From Hylemonella sp. (GTDB lineage: Bacteria; Pseudomonadota; Gammaproteobacteria; Burkholderiales; Burkholderiaceae_C), in the NCBI RefSeq assembly GCF_027532185.1, contig NZ_JAPZSV010000011.1:3402-67401 (forward strand): a DNA stretch of 64,000 bases, given 5' to 3'. Below, in pieces: positions 51,401 through 59,194 of the stretch. Made by a program: the position numbers and the translations under genes. A model generated the notes under the pieces. The model saw only the letters and a program-made list of their open reading frames with translations, did no database searches and was not told the origin of the DNA. Numbering within the stretch: the stretch's first letter is position 1; every line of letters begins with the position of its first letter.

Positions 51401-52484
51401 CGCGGTGCTGGCCGTGCTGCGCGAGCACGGTCTCTCGAAGTTCAGCCATGTGATCGGAAAGACGCGCCCCGCGGGCGGCGCGGTGACCGCCGGCGTGGGC
51501 GAGCTTCAGGTCTGGCGCGATGCCAAGGCCGTGTTCGTTGCCAAGCTGGCCGATCTGCACCAGGTCTGGGACAGCGTGAGCTGGAAGATCTGCCAGCAGC
51601 GCGACAACACGGACTGTGCCGACCAGGAACATGCCGCCGCCGGCGCACCCCATGATCCCGGCCTGCACGTGCACCTGACCTTCGATCCCGCACAGGGCCT
51701 GGCCCCGGCGCTGCTGCAAAACCGCCCCAAGGTGGCCGTGCTGCGCGAGCAGGGCGTGAACTCGCATGTGGAGATGGCCTATGCCTTCAACGCCGCGGGC
51801 TTCGAGGCCTTTGATGTGCACATGAGCGACCTGCAGAGCGGGCGCGCCAACCTCAAGGATTTCAAGGGCGTGGTCGCCTGCGGCGGCTTCAGCTACGGCG
51901 ATACCCTGGGCGCCGGCATAGGCTGGGCGCGTTCCATCACCTTCAACCCGGGCTTGTCCGAGCAGTTCCAGGCGTTCTTTGCGCGCCCCGACACCTTCGG
52001 CCTGGGCGTGTGCAACGGTTGCCAGATGTTCGCCGAGCTGGCCGACATCATTCCCGGTGCGCAGGCCTGGCCGCGTTTCACGACCAACCGCAGCGAACGC
52101 TTCGAGGCCCGCCTGTCCCTGGTCGAGGTGCTCGATTCGCCCAGCCTCTTCCTGCAGGGCATGGCCGGCAGCCGTCTGCCCATCGCCGTGGCGCATGGCG
52201 AGGGCTATGCCAACTTTGCCTACCGCGGCGATGCCGCGAAGGCCATCGCGGCCATGCGCTTCGTCGACAACACGGGGGCGGCCACCGAGGCCTATCCCTA
52301 CAACCCCAACGGCAGCCCGGGCGGTCTGACGGCGGTGACCACGGCCGACGGCCGCTTCACGGCCATGATGCCCCACCCGGAGCGCGTGTTCCGCAACATC
52401 CAGATGAGCTGGACGCCTCTGGACGCAAGCCAGGCCAGTCCCTGGATGCAGATCTGGCGCAACGCGCGACGCTGGCTCGGTTGA
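48489..52484 (+). CDS. purL: Phosphoribosylformylglycinamidine synthase (large single-chain form)
   Basis: About 1330 aa. A GTG start at 48489 gives (M)[26 protein letters not shown], as in orthologs. C-terminal glutaminase domain (GVCNGCQM). Confidence 0.95.
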   Translation: MTLHISSYEGGSALSSFRVQQLLPRLQAIHDKISGIAARYVHLVAGDTPPTPEQQRQLAALLNYGDPYAGPAEGPLVVVAPRLGTVSPWASKATDIAHNCGLALHRVERIVEYRLTLKSGLLGKATLSTEQLGQVAALLHDRMTESALASREDAASLFTELHPAPMDHVDILGGGRAALEQANAAWGLALADDEIDYLVQAFNDLKRNPTDVELMMFAQANSEHCRHKIFNADFTIDGVRQQRSMFGMIRHTHQTSPQHTVVAYSDNASIMEGVPVERFIARMEGGTSPAYQKSAAVNHVLMKVETHNHPTAISPFPGASTGAGGEIRDEGATGRGSRPKAGLTGFTVSKLWGGWSDQPGGKPEHIASPLQIMIEGPLGGAAFNNEFGRPNLAGYFREYEQTVASDADTVLRGYHKPIMIAGGVGAIDSKLTKKIEFPAGTLLIQLGGPGMRIGMGGGAASSMATGANAAELDFDSVQRGNPEIERRAQEVINHCWSQGDKNPILAIHDVGAGGLSNAFPEITNDAGRGARFDLRAVPLEESGLAPKEIWCNESQERYVLAIAPESLEQFKAFCERERCPFAVVGVATDKRQLELVDAGKESPVDMPMDVLLGKPPKMHRDVKTIARRFKPLDLTGVDLQQAVIDVLSHPTVASKRFLITIGDRTVGGLTHRDQMVGPWQVPVADVAVTLADYAGFAGEAMSMGERTPLAALDAPASGRMAVAEAITNLLAAPIELPRVKLSANWMAACGEPGEDAALYATVQAVGMELCPALGISIPVGKDSLSMRTQWSDGPEKKKVTSPVSLIVSAFATLPDVRGTLTPQLDNQVDTTLLLVDLGRGQSRMAGSILAQTLNQTGDTVPDLDDAQDLVKLVNAVNALRAQGKLLAYHDRSDGGLLAAVAEMAFAGHVGVALNVDLLVTEGDGISDSRMDTGDSKNWASQVSARRDELTLKALFNEELGVVLQVKTEDRDAVLAVLREHGLSKFSHVIGKTRPAGGAVTAGVGELQVWRDAKAVFVAKLADLHQVWDSVSWKICQQRDNTDCADQEHAAAGAPHDPGLHVHLTFDPAQGLAPALLQNRPKVAVLREQGVNSHVEMAYAFNAAGFEAFDVHMSDLQSGRANLKDFKGVVACGGFSYGDTLGAGIGWARSITFNPGLSEQFQAFFARPDTFGLGVCNGCQMFAELADIIPGAQAWPRFTTNRSERFEARLSLVEVLDSPSLFLQGMAGSRLPIAVAHGEGYANFAYRGDAAKAIAAMRFVDNTGAATEAYPYNPNGSPGGLTAVTTADGRFTAMMPHPERVFRNIQMSWTPLDASQASPWMQIWRNARRWLG

Positions 52485-52721
52485 TGTCTTCGACGGGCTG
52501 CAGGCCAGATCGGGCCGAGCCCTCGCGAATCTGAGGCGGCAGGGGCTGGGCCGGCGTTGGGGTCGTTTGCTTCGGCACGGCGTCCCGCCGGGCCACGACC
52601 GACGGTTGCAAGTGCGTGACTCAGGCCAGCGCCGGCTTGACGTGCCAGGGTACTGCCCACATACTGCGGCGCAGGAGATGGCGGGTCTGCCCGGTGGCGG
52701 CCCGGCCTGGAAAGGGCGCCT

Positions 52722-53213
52722 ATGAATACCTACAACCCGCTCGCACAGAACACCGCCATCAATGGCCTCATCACGGCCATCTCGCGCAACAACGAGGACA
52801 AGGCCCTGTCCAAGCACCTCGGCGCGCAGTCCTGGTACATCGTGGCCGACTACCTGCACCCGCAGGCGCATGAGCGTGGCCATGTGCTGATCTCGCAGGG
52901 CGCGCAGGACCGCAAGCTCTATTTCCTCGAGTCAGGCAACCTCAAGGTCGACGTCACGACCGACAAGGGCCTGGTGCAGCTTGCCATCTTGGGGGCGGGC
53001 ACGGTGGTGGGCGAGGGCAGCTTCTTCTCGCACCTGCCTCGCAATGCCTCGGTGGTGGCCTACAGCAGCTGCAAACTCTGGTCCATGAGCCCCGAGGATT
53101 TCGAGGCTTTGTCGAAGAAGCATCCCACCGTGGCGCTGTCCCTGGCCATGGCGCTCGGCGCTATCGTTGCCACGCGCATGGTGGATGTGAGCCGGCGTAT
53201 CGCCAGCACCTGA
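52722..53213 (+). CDS. Stand-alone cyclic-nucleotide-binding (cNMP/Crp-type effector) domain protein
   Basis: 163 aa. GHVLISQGAQDRKLYFLESGNLKV...GAGTVVGEGSFFSHLPRNASVVA matches the cNMP-binding beta-barrel pattern. There is no HTH domain. Confidence 0.72.
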   Translation: MNTYNPLAQNTAINGLITAISRNNEDKALSKHLGAQSWYIVADYLHPQAHERGHVLISQGAQDRKLYFLESGNLKVDVTTDKGLVQLAILGAGTVVGEGSFFSHLPRNASVVAYSSCKLWSMSPEDFEALSKKHPTVALSLAMALGAIVATRMVDVSRRIAST

Positions 53214-53276
53214 GAACTGACGATTCAATCTGTTGCGCTTGCCCTTCGCAAAGATTTCTGCGCCAGTTCTCTCACG

Positions 53277-54167
53277 TCAAGCGGCCCAGGCGGCCATCAG
53301 ATCCTGTGCGGCCTGTTCCGGATCGTTCTGGGCGGTGATGGCGCGCACGACTGCCAGCGAACCCACGCCCGTGGCCTTGATCTCGGGTAGCTCGGCGGCC
53401 GAAATGCCGCCTATGCCCACGCCCGGGTAGTCACGCATCAGCCGTGTGTAGGCGGCCAGCCGACCCGGGCCCTGTGGTGCCGTGGCCATGCGCTTGAGCG
53501 TGGTGGGGTAGACGGCGCCCATGGCGATGTAGCTCGGGCTGAGCTGGTCGGCGCGCAGCATCTCGGCGTAGCCGTGGCTGGACAGGCCCAGGCGCAGGCC
53601 GGCAGCGCGGATGGCGGCGAAGTCGGCGACCTCCATGTCTTCCTGGCCCAGGTGCACACCGTAGGCGCCCGTGGCGATGGCTTCGCGCCAGTGGTCATTG
53701 ATGAAGAGCAGCGCGTCGGTGCCGCGCACAGCCTCCACCGCGGCCTGCACCTCGCGTCGCACAGCGTCAGCGTCTTCGGACTTGAAACGCAGCTGCAGCG
53801 TGGGCATGCCGGCGCGTGCCATGCGACCCACCCACTGGGCCGTGGGCAGGACGGCATAGACGCCCAGGCGTTTCGGGCAGGCGGGGAAAGCATCGGCGCG
53901 CGGCCAGGGTCGCAGGCCGAAGTCGACCGGTTCGTTGGGCCAGGCCAGCGGGTCGAACTGGCGCGTGCGGTTGGACTGGGCCAGCCAGGCGAGCGCCACA
54001 CACTCGGCATCGATGTCGATGAAGCCCAGGGCCAGGCAGGCCTGTTTCGCACTGCGGTAGACGGCGTCATCGCGGCTGTAGTTCAGCGCGGGCGTGCCCA
54101 CGACAGGGATCGCCTTGTCGGCGTGGGCTGCAACGATGGCGCGGGCGTCGGTGTTGAATTCGTACAT
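53277..54167 (-). CDS. thiE: Thiamine-phosphate synthase with a ~90-aa N-terminal extension
   Basis: The C-terminal ~200 aa are ThiE-like (LQLRFK..., INDHW, GVHLGQED, GLSSH, GPVYPT-like AMGAVYPTTLK, GIGGI). Last gene of the thiOSGE operon. Confidence 0.85.
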   Translation of the reverse strand: MYEFNTDARAIVAAHADKAIPVVGTPALNYSRDDAVYRSAKQACLALGFIDIDAECVALAWLAQSNRTRQFDPLAWPNEPVDFGLRPWPRADAFPACPKRLGVYAVLPTAQWVGRMARAGMPTLQLRFKSEDADAVRREVQAAVEAVRGTDALLFINDHWREAIATGAYGVHLGQEDMEVADFAAIRAAGLRLGLSSHGYAEMLRADQLSPSYIAMGAVYPTTLKRMATAPQGPGRLAAYTRLMRDYPGVGIGGISAAELPEIKATGVGSLAVVRAITAQNDPEQAAQDLMAAWAA

Positions 54168-54176
54168 CGTGATGTC

Positions 54177-54971
54177 TCAGGCGTGGTGCCAGAAAGGGGT
54201 ACCTAGAACCGGGGTCGAAGGCTGGGCGGCATCCTGCTCAGTCATCGCGCCCGACAGCCAGGCGGCACGGCCCGCCTGTGTGGCATCCGCAAAGGCACCG
54301 GCCATGGCCACGGGGTCCTGCGCCAGCGCGACCGCGGTGTTGAGCAGCACGGCGTCATAGCCCCATTCCATCACCGTGCAGGCGTGCGAAGGGCGGCCCA
54401 GGCCGGCGTCCACGATCAGCGGCACGTTCAGGCGCTCGCGCAGCATGCGCATGGCGTAGGGGTTGACGGGGCCCTTGCCGGTGCCGATGGGCGCCGCCCA
54501 GGGCATCACGGCCTGGCAGCCCACGTCGACCAGGCGCTGGCAGAGCACGAGGTCTTCGGTGCAGTAGGGTAGGACCTTGAAGCCGTCCTTGATGAGGCGG
54601 TCGGCGGTCTCGACGAGGTTGAGGGTGTCGGGCTGCAGGGTGTAGTCGTCGCCGATGAGTTCGAGCTTGATCCAGGGCGTCTCGAAGACCTCGCGCGCCA
54701 TCTGCGCCGTGGTGATGACCTCCTGCATGCTGTGGCAGCCCGCGGTGTTGGGCAGCACGGGCACGTTCAGCCTCTTGAGCAATTCCCAGAACTGGTTGCC
54801 GGCCTCGTGTGGGACGGCGCCCTGGCGGCGCAGCGAGGCCGTGAGCATGGCGGGCTTGGAGCGCTGCACCGCGGCTTCGAGCACGGCGGGCGAGGGATAG
54901 CGCGAGGTGCCCAGAAGCAGGCGGCTCTGGAAGGTCTCACCGTAGAGGATCAGGGGGTCTTGAGGGGTCAT
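54177..54971 (-). CDS. thiG: Thiazole synthase
   Basis: 264 aa with SRLLLGTSRYPS, IKLELIGDDYTLQPD and VMPWAAPIGTGKG blocks. Confidence 0.95.
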   Translation of the reverse strand: MTPQDPLILYGETFQSRLLLGTSRYPSPAVLEAAVQRSKPAMLTASLRRQGAVPHEAGNQFWELLKRLNVPVLPNTAGCHSMQEVITTAQMAREVFETPWIKLELIGDDYTLQPDTLNLVETADRLIKDGFKVLPYCTEDLVLCQRLVDVGCQAVMPWAAPIGTGKGPVNPYAMRMLRERLNVPLIVDAGLGRPSHACTVMEWGYDAVLLNTAVALAQDPVAMAGAFADATQAGRAAWLSGAMTEQDAAQPSTPVLGTPFWHHA

Positions 54972-54974
54972 GTT

Positions 54975-55172
54975 CTAGCCTCCCGTCACGGGAGAGATGA
55001 TTTCGATGCGGTCGCCTTCGTGCAGCGGGTGCTGTGCGTACTGCGTCTTGGGAACGAATTGCGTGTTCACGGCCGCGGCAAAAGGCGGCTTGGCCTCGAT
55101 GGCCGCCACGGCGTCTGCGACGGTGGCTCCCGCGGAGAGTTCGTGTTCGTGCTTGTTGATGATGACCTTCAT
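54975..55172 (-). CDS. thiS: Sulfur-carrier protein ThiS
   Basis: 65 aa ending in the ...ISPVTGG C-terminal Gly-Gly. The start overlaps the thiO stop (ATGA). Confidence 0.85.
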   Translation of the reverse strand: MKVIINKHEHELSAGATVADAVAAIEAKPPFAAAVNTQFVPKTQYAQHPLHEGDRIEIISPVTGG

Positions 55173-56275
55173 ACGGTGGCTTCTTCCACTTGCAGATCCA
55201 GGGTGCCGGCCAGCGTCGTGCGCTGTTCCTGCACCAGCTCCAGCACCACGTCGAGCAGGGCGGGCGAGATCATGAAGCCGTGGCGGTACAGGCCGTTGAT
55301 CTGCAGCGTGCGTGGGCCGAGCCGGCGGATGGCAGGCAGGTTGTCGGGCAGGGTGGGTCGGCACTGGGTCGCGATCTCGAGGATGCGGCCTTCCCCGAAA
55401 CCGGGATGCACGGCATAGGCGGCGCTCAGCAGCTCCAGCGTGGAGCGCACGCTGGGGGGGGAGAGGTCATTGCTCTCGATCTCGGTCGCACCGATCACAA
55501 AGAGGTGGTCCTGCTTGGGCGCGATGTAGATCGGGTAGCGCGGATGGATCAGACGCGTGGGCCGGCTCAGCGAGACGTCGGGCGCGTGGATGCGCGCCAC
55601 CTCGCCGCGCACGCCGCGCAGCTCGCCCCACTGGGCGGCAGCACCGATGCCGCGGCAGTCGAAAACCCAATCCGGTTGGTGGGGCTGGCCCGGTGCAAAG
55701 TCCTGCGGCCCGCGCGGGCTGTTCCAGAGCAGTTCGACCTTGAGCATCTGCAGCTCGTGCAGCAGCGCGGCCAGCAGCTGGCGGTTGTCCAGCTGCCCTT
55801 CGCCGGGCAGGTAAAGGCCCTGGGCAAATCGGTTCTCAAGCGAGGGCTCCAAGGCCCGCACGCCGGCGCCGTCCAGCGTCTGCAGATGCGGCAGGCCGGG
55901 CACGCGCTCCTGGTTGCTGCGCAACAGGCCGGCAAAGCGCTGGGCTTCAGCCGCGTCCTGGCGGTGCCAGAGGATGAGCGTACCTTCCTGCTGGAAGAAC
56001 ACCGGCTGGCTCAGCTGCGCCAGCAGTTGGGGCCAGCGAGTAAGTGCGTAATGCCCCATGCCGACCACGCTGGGCTCGGTGATGGCCGACTCGGCCAGCG
56101 GTGCCAGCATGGCGGCCGCCACGCGCGCGGGCGAGGTCTGCGCATCGGCCGTGCCGGCCTCGTAGACCGTGACGCGATGTCCCGCGCGTGCGAGCTGCCA
56201 GGCCAGCAGTCGGCCCATGAGGCCGGCGCCGAGCACGACGGACGCAGGAGAGGAGTTCATGGACAGTGAGTTCAT
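55169..56275 (-). CDS. thiO: FAD-dependent glycine oxidase
   Basis: VVLGAGLMGRLLAWQLARAGHRVTVYE dinucleotide-binding motif, in the position before thiS-thiG. The start is set at MNSLSMNSS (56275); an alternative start is at 56260. Confidence 0.82.
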   Translation of the reverse strand: MNSLSMNSSPASVVLGAGLMGRLLAWQLARAGHRVTVYEAGTADAQTSPARVAAAMLAPLAESAITEPSVVGMGHYALTRWPQLLAQLSQPVFFQQEGTLILWHRQDAAEAQRFAGLLRSNQERVPGLPHLQTLDGAGVRALEPSLENRFAQGLYLPGEGQLDNRQLLAALLHELQMLKVELLWNSPRGPQDFAPGQPHQPDWVFDCRGIGAAAQWGELRGVRGEVARIHAPDVSLSRPTRLIHPRYPIYIAPKQDHLFVIGATEIESNDLSPPSVRSTLELLSAAYAVHPGFGEGRILEIATQCRPTLPDNLPAIRRLGPRTLQINGLYRHGFMISPALLDVVLELVQEQRTTLAGTLDLQVEEATV

Positions 56276-56311
56276 ACGGCGTCGCCGCAAACGCGACGAG
56301 AGAAACAATAG

Positions 56312-56410
56312 GGCCAGGGAACGCCGTGGAACCGGCTTTGCCGGGCCACTGGCCTTGCCCCCTGCGAGGGGGGGGGCGCAGCGAACGAAGAGAGCGGAGC
56401 CTGGGGGTGT
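56312..56410 (-). repeat. Structured intergenic repeat, copy C (forward on minus strand)
   Basis: The reverse complement aligns end-to-end with copy A (ACACCCCCAGGCT ... C5-loop-G5 hairpin ... GGCC-A-GTGG-C-CCGG-CAAAG-CCGG-TT-CCAC-GGC ... CCCTGGCC). Confidence 0.8.
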
Positions 56411-56436
56411 TCGATAATCGCGCCAGGAGTACATCT

Positions 56437-57267
56437 ATGGCGACAGAAAAACATTACCCGCGCGTGCTGTCCATCGCGGGGTCCGACAGCGGCGGTGGCG
56501 CCGGCATCCAAGCCGATCTCAAGACCTTCAGCGCCCTTGGCTGCTACGGTATGACGGCGATCACGGCGCTCACCGCGCAGAACACGCAGGGCGTGCGCGG
56601 TATCCATGGTGTACCGCCCGAGTTTCTGGCCGCTCAGCTTGACGCGGTGCTTGAAGACATCGGCGCTGACGCCGTGAAGATCGGCATGCTGCACGCGCCC
56701 GACATCGTTCGGGTTGTGGCGCAGGCCATCCACAAACACAAGCTCAAGCACGTGGTGCTGGACCCCGTGATGGTGGCCACCAGCGGCGACCGCCTGATCG
56801 CCGAGGAGACGGTCTCGGTGCTGGTCAAGGAGCTTTTCCCGCTGGCCACCGTGATCACCCCCAACCTCGACGAGGCTGAGCTGCTGCTGGGCCACACGAT
56901 CGCCGGCATCCCCGCGCTGGAGGGCGCCGCACGCGAATTGCAGGCCCTGGGTGCACAGGGCGTGCTGCTCAAGGGCGGGCATCTCAAGGGCGACGAGGTG
57001 GTCGACCTGCTGCTGCAGGGCCACCGTGCGCCGCTGCGCCTGGCCTCGCCACGCATTGCGAGCGAGAACGTGCACGGCACGGGCTGCACCCTGTCCTCGG
57101 CCATCGCGGCGCAGCTGGCCCTGGGCCACGGGCTGGAGGACGCCGTGCGCCTGGCGCGCGCCTACATCCTGGGCGCGATCGCTGCGGGCGCGGACGTGCG
57201 CACCGGGCGCGGCCATGGCCCGCTCAACCACGGGCACGCGCCGGTGGCCATGCAGCTGCTGGGCTGA
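56437..57267 (+). CDS. thiD: Hydroxymethylpyrimidine / phosphomethylpyrimidine kinase
   Basis: VLSIAGSDSGGGAGIQADLKTF..., VLDPVMVATSGDRL and HGTGCTLSSAIAA motifs. 276 aa from the ATG at 56437. Confidence 0.92.
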   Translation: MATEKHYPRVLSIAGSDSGGGAGIQADLKTFSALGCYGMTAITALTAQNTQGVRGIHGVPPEFLAAQLDAVLEDIGADAVKIGMLHAPDIVRVVAQAIHKHKLKHVVLDPVMVATSGDRLIAEETVSVLVKELFPLATVITPNLDEAELLLGHTIAGIPALEGAARELQALGAQGVLLKGGHLKGDEVVDLLLQGHRAPLRLASPRIASENVHGTGCTLSSAIAAQLALGHGLEDAVRLARAYILGAIAAGADVRTGRGHGPLNHGHAPVAMQLLG

Positions 57268-57332
57268 CACAGACTCGCCTTCCATCTCGTATGCACTCAG
57301 TCGGGGGAGGGGCCATGACCGGGGGTGGTCAT

Positions 57333-57428
57333 CTGGCCGGCTTCCCTGCGTGAGCATTACCTCCATCAGGTTCAAAGGGACTTTCTCAGTCGACGCGGCA
57401 CGGGCCGCGACAACACCCCTAGCGGATG
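57333..57428 (-). promoter_or_regulatory. TPP (THI-box) riboswitch aptamer
   Basis: The minus strand reads CUAGGGGUGUUGUCGCGGCCCGUGCCGCGUCGACUGAGAAAGUCCCUUUGAACCUGAUGGAGGUAAUGCUCACGCAGGGAAGCC. It contains GGGGUG, a 6-bp P3 hairpin, CUGAGA, CCCUUUGAACCUGAU, GGUAAUGC and GCAGGGAA in canonical order and spacing. Confidence 0.85.
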
Positions 57429-57477
57429 CGCTCTGACAGAGCAGGGCGCAGGACTGCATTTTAGTCCTGCACCCGCC

Positions 57478-57503
57478 AAGAAAAAGCCCGCCGGGTGGGC
57501 GGG
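57478..57503 (-). terminator. Rho-independent terminator downstream of the ferredoxin-NADP reductase gene
   Basis: The minus strand reads GCCCGCC-ACCC-GGCGGGC followed by TTTTTCTT. Confidence 0.7.
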
Positions 57504-57540
57504 CTGGATCTGATTTCGGGATTCTTGACCCGGGGCAAGA

Positions 57541-57625
57541 GGCTGCCACGCTCGGCACTTCGTGTTCTCGCTGCCCCCCGAGGGGGCGCTCGCCGGCTTG
57601 GGGCGGCCCTGCGCCTGCTCGGCTC
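57541..57625 (+). repeat. Structured intergenic repeat, partial/degenerate copy D (forward on plus strand)
   Basis: AGGCTGCCACGCTCGGCACTTCGTGTTCTCGCTGCCCCCCGAGGGGGCG matches the 5' half of copies A and C, including the C5-loop-G5 hairpin. The 3' half is degenerate. Confidence 0.45.
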
Positions 57626-57633
57626 GGCTCGGC

Positions 57634-58737
57634 TCAGTCGAAAACCGGCGTCTCCACGCCCAGCACCTTGTGCAGCTTGGGGCTGGTGGTGGTGTACTGC
57701 AGGTGGATCTTGCCCTTGTCCGGGAAGATGATGGGCGCGGCGCCAAAAGCAGCCAGCGCGCATTCGTGGAAACCCGAGAGGATGAGCTTCTTCTTGCCCG
57801 GGTAGGTGTTGATGTCACCCACGGCGAAGATGCCAGGCACATTGGTGGAGAACTTCTCGGTGTCCACCACGAGCTGCTTGCGTTCGATGTCCAGGCCCCA
57901 GTCGGCGATGGGACCGAGCTTGGGCGAGAGGCCGAAGAAGACCAGCAGGGTGTCCAGCGGCACCACGCGGGTCACGCCGTCACCGCCGGTGACCTTGACG
58001 CCCGTGAGCTTGCCGTCCTTTTCCTCGATGGCCGTGATCTGGCCCACCATGAACTGCATCTCGTAGGCGTCGCAGAGCTCCTTCATCTTGGCCACGCTGG
58101 CGGGGGCGGCCTTGAAGCCGTCGCGACGGTGCACCAGGATCACGCTCTCGGCCTTGTTCGGGCCTTCGTTGGTGAAGTTCAGCGTCCAGTCCAGGGCAGA
58201 GTCGCCGCCGCCCACGATGACGAGGTTCTTGCCGGCGAAATCAGCCGGGTTCTTGACGCGGTAGAAGAGCTGGGAGCCCTCATACTTGTCCAGACCGTCG
58301 ACCTTGAGCGTGCGCGGCTCGAAGGCGCCCACACCGGCGGCGATGAAGATGGTCTTGGTCAGGAAGCGCGTGCCCTTGGAGGTCTCGACGTAGAAGCGGC
58401 CGTCGTCCTGCTTCTGCACCGCGGTGACCGTCTGGCCCAGATGGAAGGTCGCGCCGAAGGGCTCGATCTGCTTGAGCAGCGCGTCGGTCAGCTCCTTGCC
58501 TGTGCACACCGGGATGGCCGGGATGTCATAGATGGGCTTGTCGGGATAGAGCTCGATGGGCTGGCCGCCCGGATAGGCGAGCGAGTCGATCACATGGGCC
58601 TTGATTTCGAGCAGGCCGAGCTCGAAGACCTGGAACAGGCCCACAGGGCCGGCGCCGATGATGACGGCATCTGTTTCGATCGGGCCTTCGTGGGCCTGGG
58701 CGGTCTGGATCACGGCGGGACTGAGTTTGGGTTCCAT
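57634..58737 (-). CDS. Ferredoxin--NADP+ reductase, thioredoxin-reductase-like type
   Basis: 367 aa with [16 protein letters not shown] motif, a [14 protein letters not shown] motif and the IYDIPAIP block typical of TrxR-like FNRs. Confidence 0.85.
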   Translation of the reverse strand: MEPKLSPAVIQTAQAHEGPIETDAVIIGAGPVGLFQVFELGLLEIKAHVIDSLAYPGGQPIELYPDKPIYDIPAIPVCTGKELTDALLKQIEPFGATFHLGQTVTAVQKQDDGRFYVETSKGTRFLTKTIFIAAGVGAFEPRTLKVDGLDKYEGSQLFYRVKNPADFAGKNLVIVGGGDSALDWTLNFTNEGPNKAESVILVHRRDGFKAAPASVAKMKELCDAYEMQFMVGQITAIEEKDGKLTGVKVTGGDGVTRVVPLDTLLVFFGLSPKLGPIADWGLDIERKQLVVDTEKFSTNVPGIFAVGDINTYPGKKKLILSGFHECALAAFGAAPIIFPDKGKIHLQYTTTSPKLHKVLGVETPVFD

Positions 58738-58752
58738 TCGGTAGGTCGGTAT

Positions 58753-59082
58753 TTAGCGGACCAGCTCGTTGAGCTTGCCGGTTTTGTCTTTCCACTCGTC
58801 TGCGTCGGGCAGGGCGGCTTTGCGTTTGGTGATGCTCTTCCAGGTCGGCAGGCGGGCCAGCTCGGCATTGAGCTTGGTCATATGCTGCTGGTCAGCGGGC
58901 ACGTCTTCCTCGGCATAGATGGCGTTCACCGGGCACTCCGGGATGCAGACCGCGCAGTCGATGCATTCATCGGGATCGATGGTCAGGAAGTTCGGGCCTT
59001 CGCGGAAGCAGTCGACAGGGCAGACGTCCACACAGTCGGTGTATTTGCAGCGGATGCAGGCTTCGGTGACGACGTGAGTCAT
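58753..59082 (-). CDS. fdxA: 7Fe (3Fe-4S + 4Fe-4S) ferredoxin, Azotobacter FdxA type
   Basis: Starts [26 protein letters not shown], followed by [12 protein letters not shown]. 109 aa. Confidence 0.9.
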   Translation of the reverse strand: MTHVVTEACIRCKYTDCVDVCPVDCFREGPNFLTIDPDECIDCAVCIPECPVNAIYAEEDVPADQQHMTKLNAELARLPTWKSITKRKAALPDADEWKDKTGKLNELVR

Positions 59083-59194
59083 TTTTGTTTTGAGAGATGG
59101 GTAGAAACCCTTGATTTTATTGACTTTTGCGCTGACCGGGGTTTCCCGGCCTTTTCGCTCAGAGGGTTGTTGCGCTGGATCAAGCGCGGAGAGC

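Noticed and set aside
57315-57353. A 12-codon plus-strand mini-ORF (MTGGGHLAGFPA) is preceded by GGGGGAGG and lies just after thiD.
   Set aside because: It coincides exactly with the complement of the riboswitch expression-platform hairpin. The SD-like run is the complement of CCUCCCCC. It is most likely coincidental.
57449-57471. The hairpin GCAGGACT-GCATTTT-AGTCCTGC was considered as a thiD terminator or a small RNA.
   Set aside because: No U-tract follows on the plus strand. On the minus strand its loop carries the TAAAAT hexamer that may be the riboswitch promoter -10. The evidence is insufficient to call a separate feature.
56272-57558. A 428-aa minus-strand ORF begins just downstream of the TPP riboswitch and runs antisense through thiD. 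I considered it as the riboswitch-regulated gene.
   Set aside because: It is the GC3-aligned shadow frame of thiD. It is Arg/Ala/Gly-rich with no recognisable motifs. The only SD-like sequence (GGAGG) lies inside the aptamer, 2 nt from the AUG. ThiD on the plus strand is unambiguous.
56312-57625. Repeat copies C and D are in inverted orientation and flank thiD plus the riboswitch. I considered whether an inversion between them explains the odd riboswitch orientation.
   Set aside because: An inversion of the whole segment flips thiD and the riboswitch together, so they stay convergent in either state. It does not restore a canonical riboswitch-gene arrangement. Copy D is also only a partial copy.
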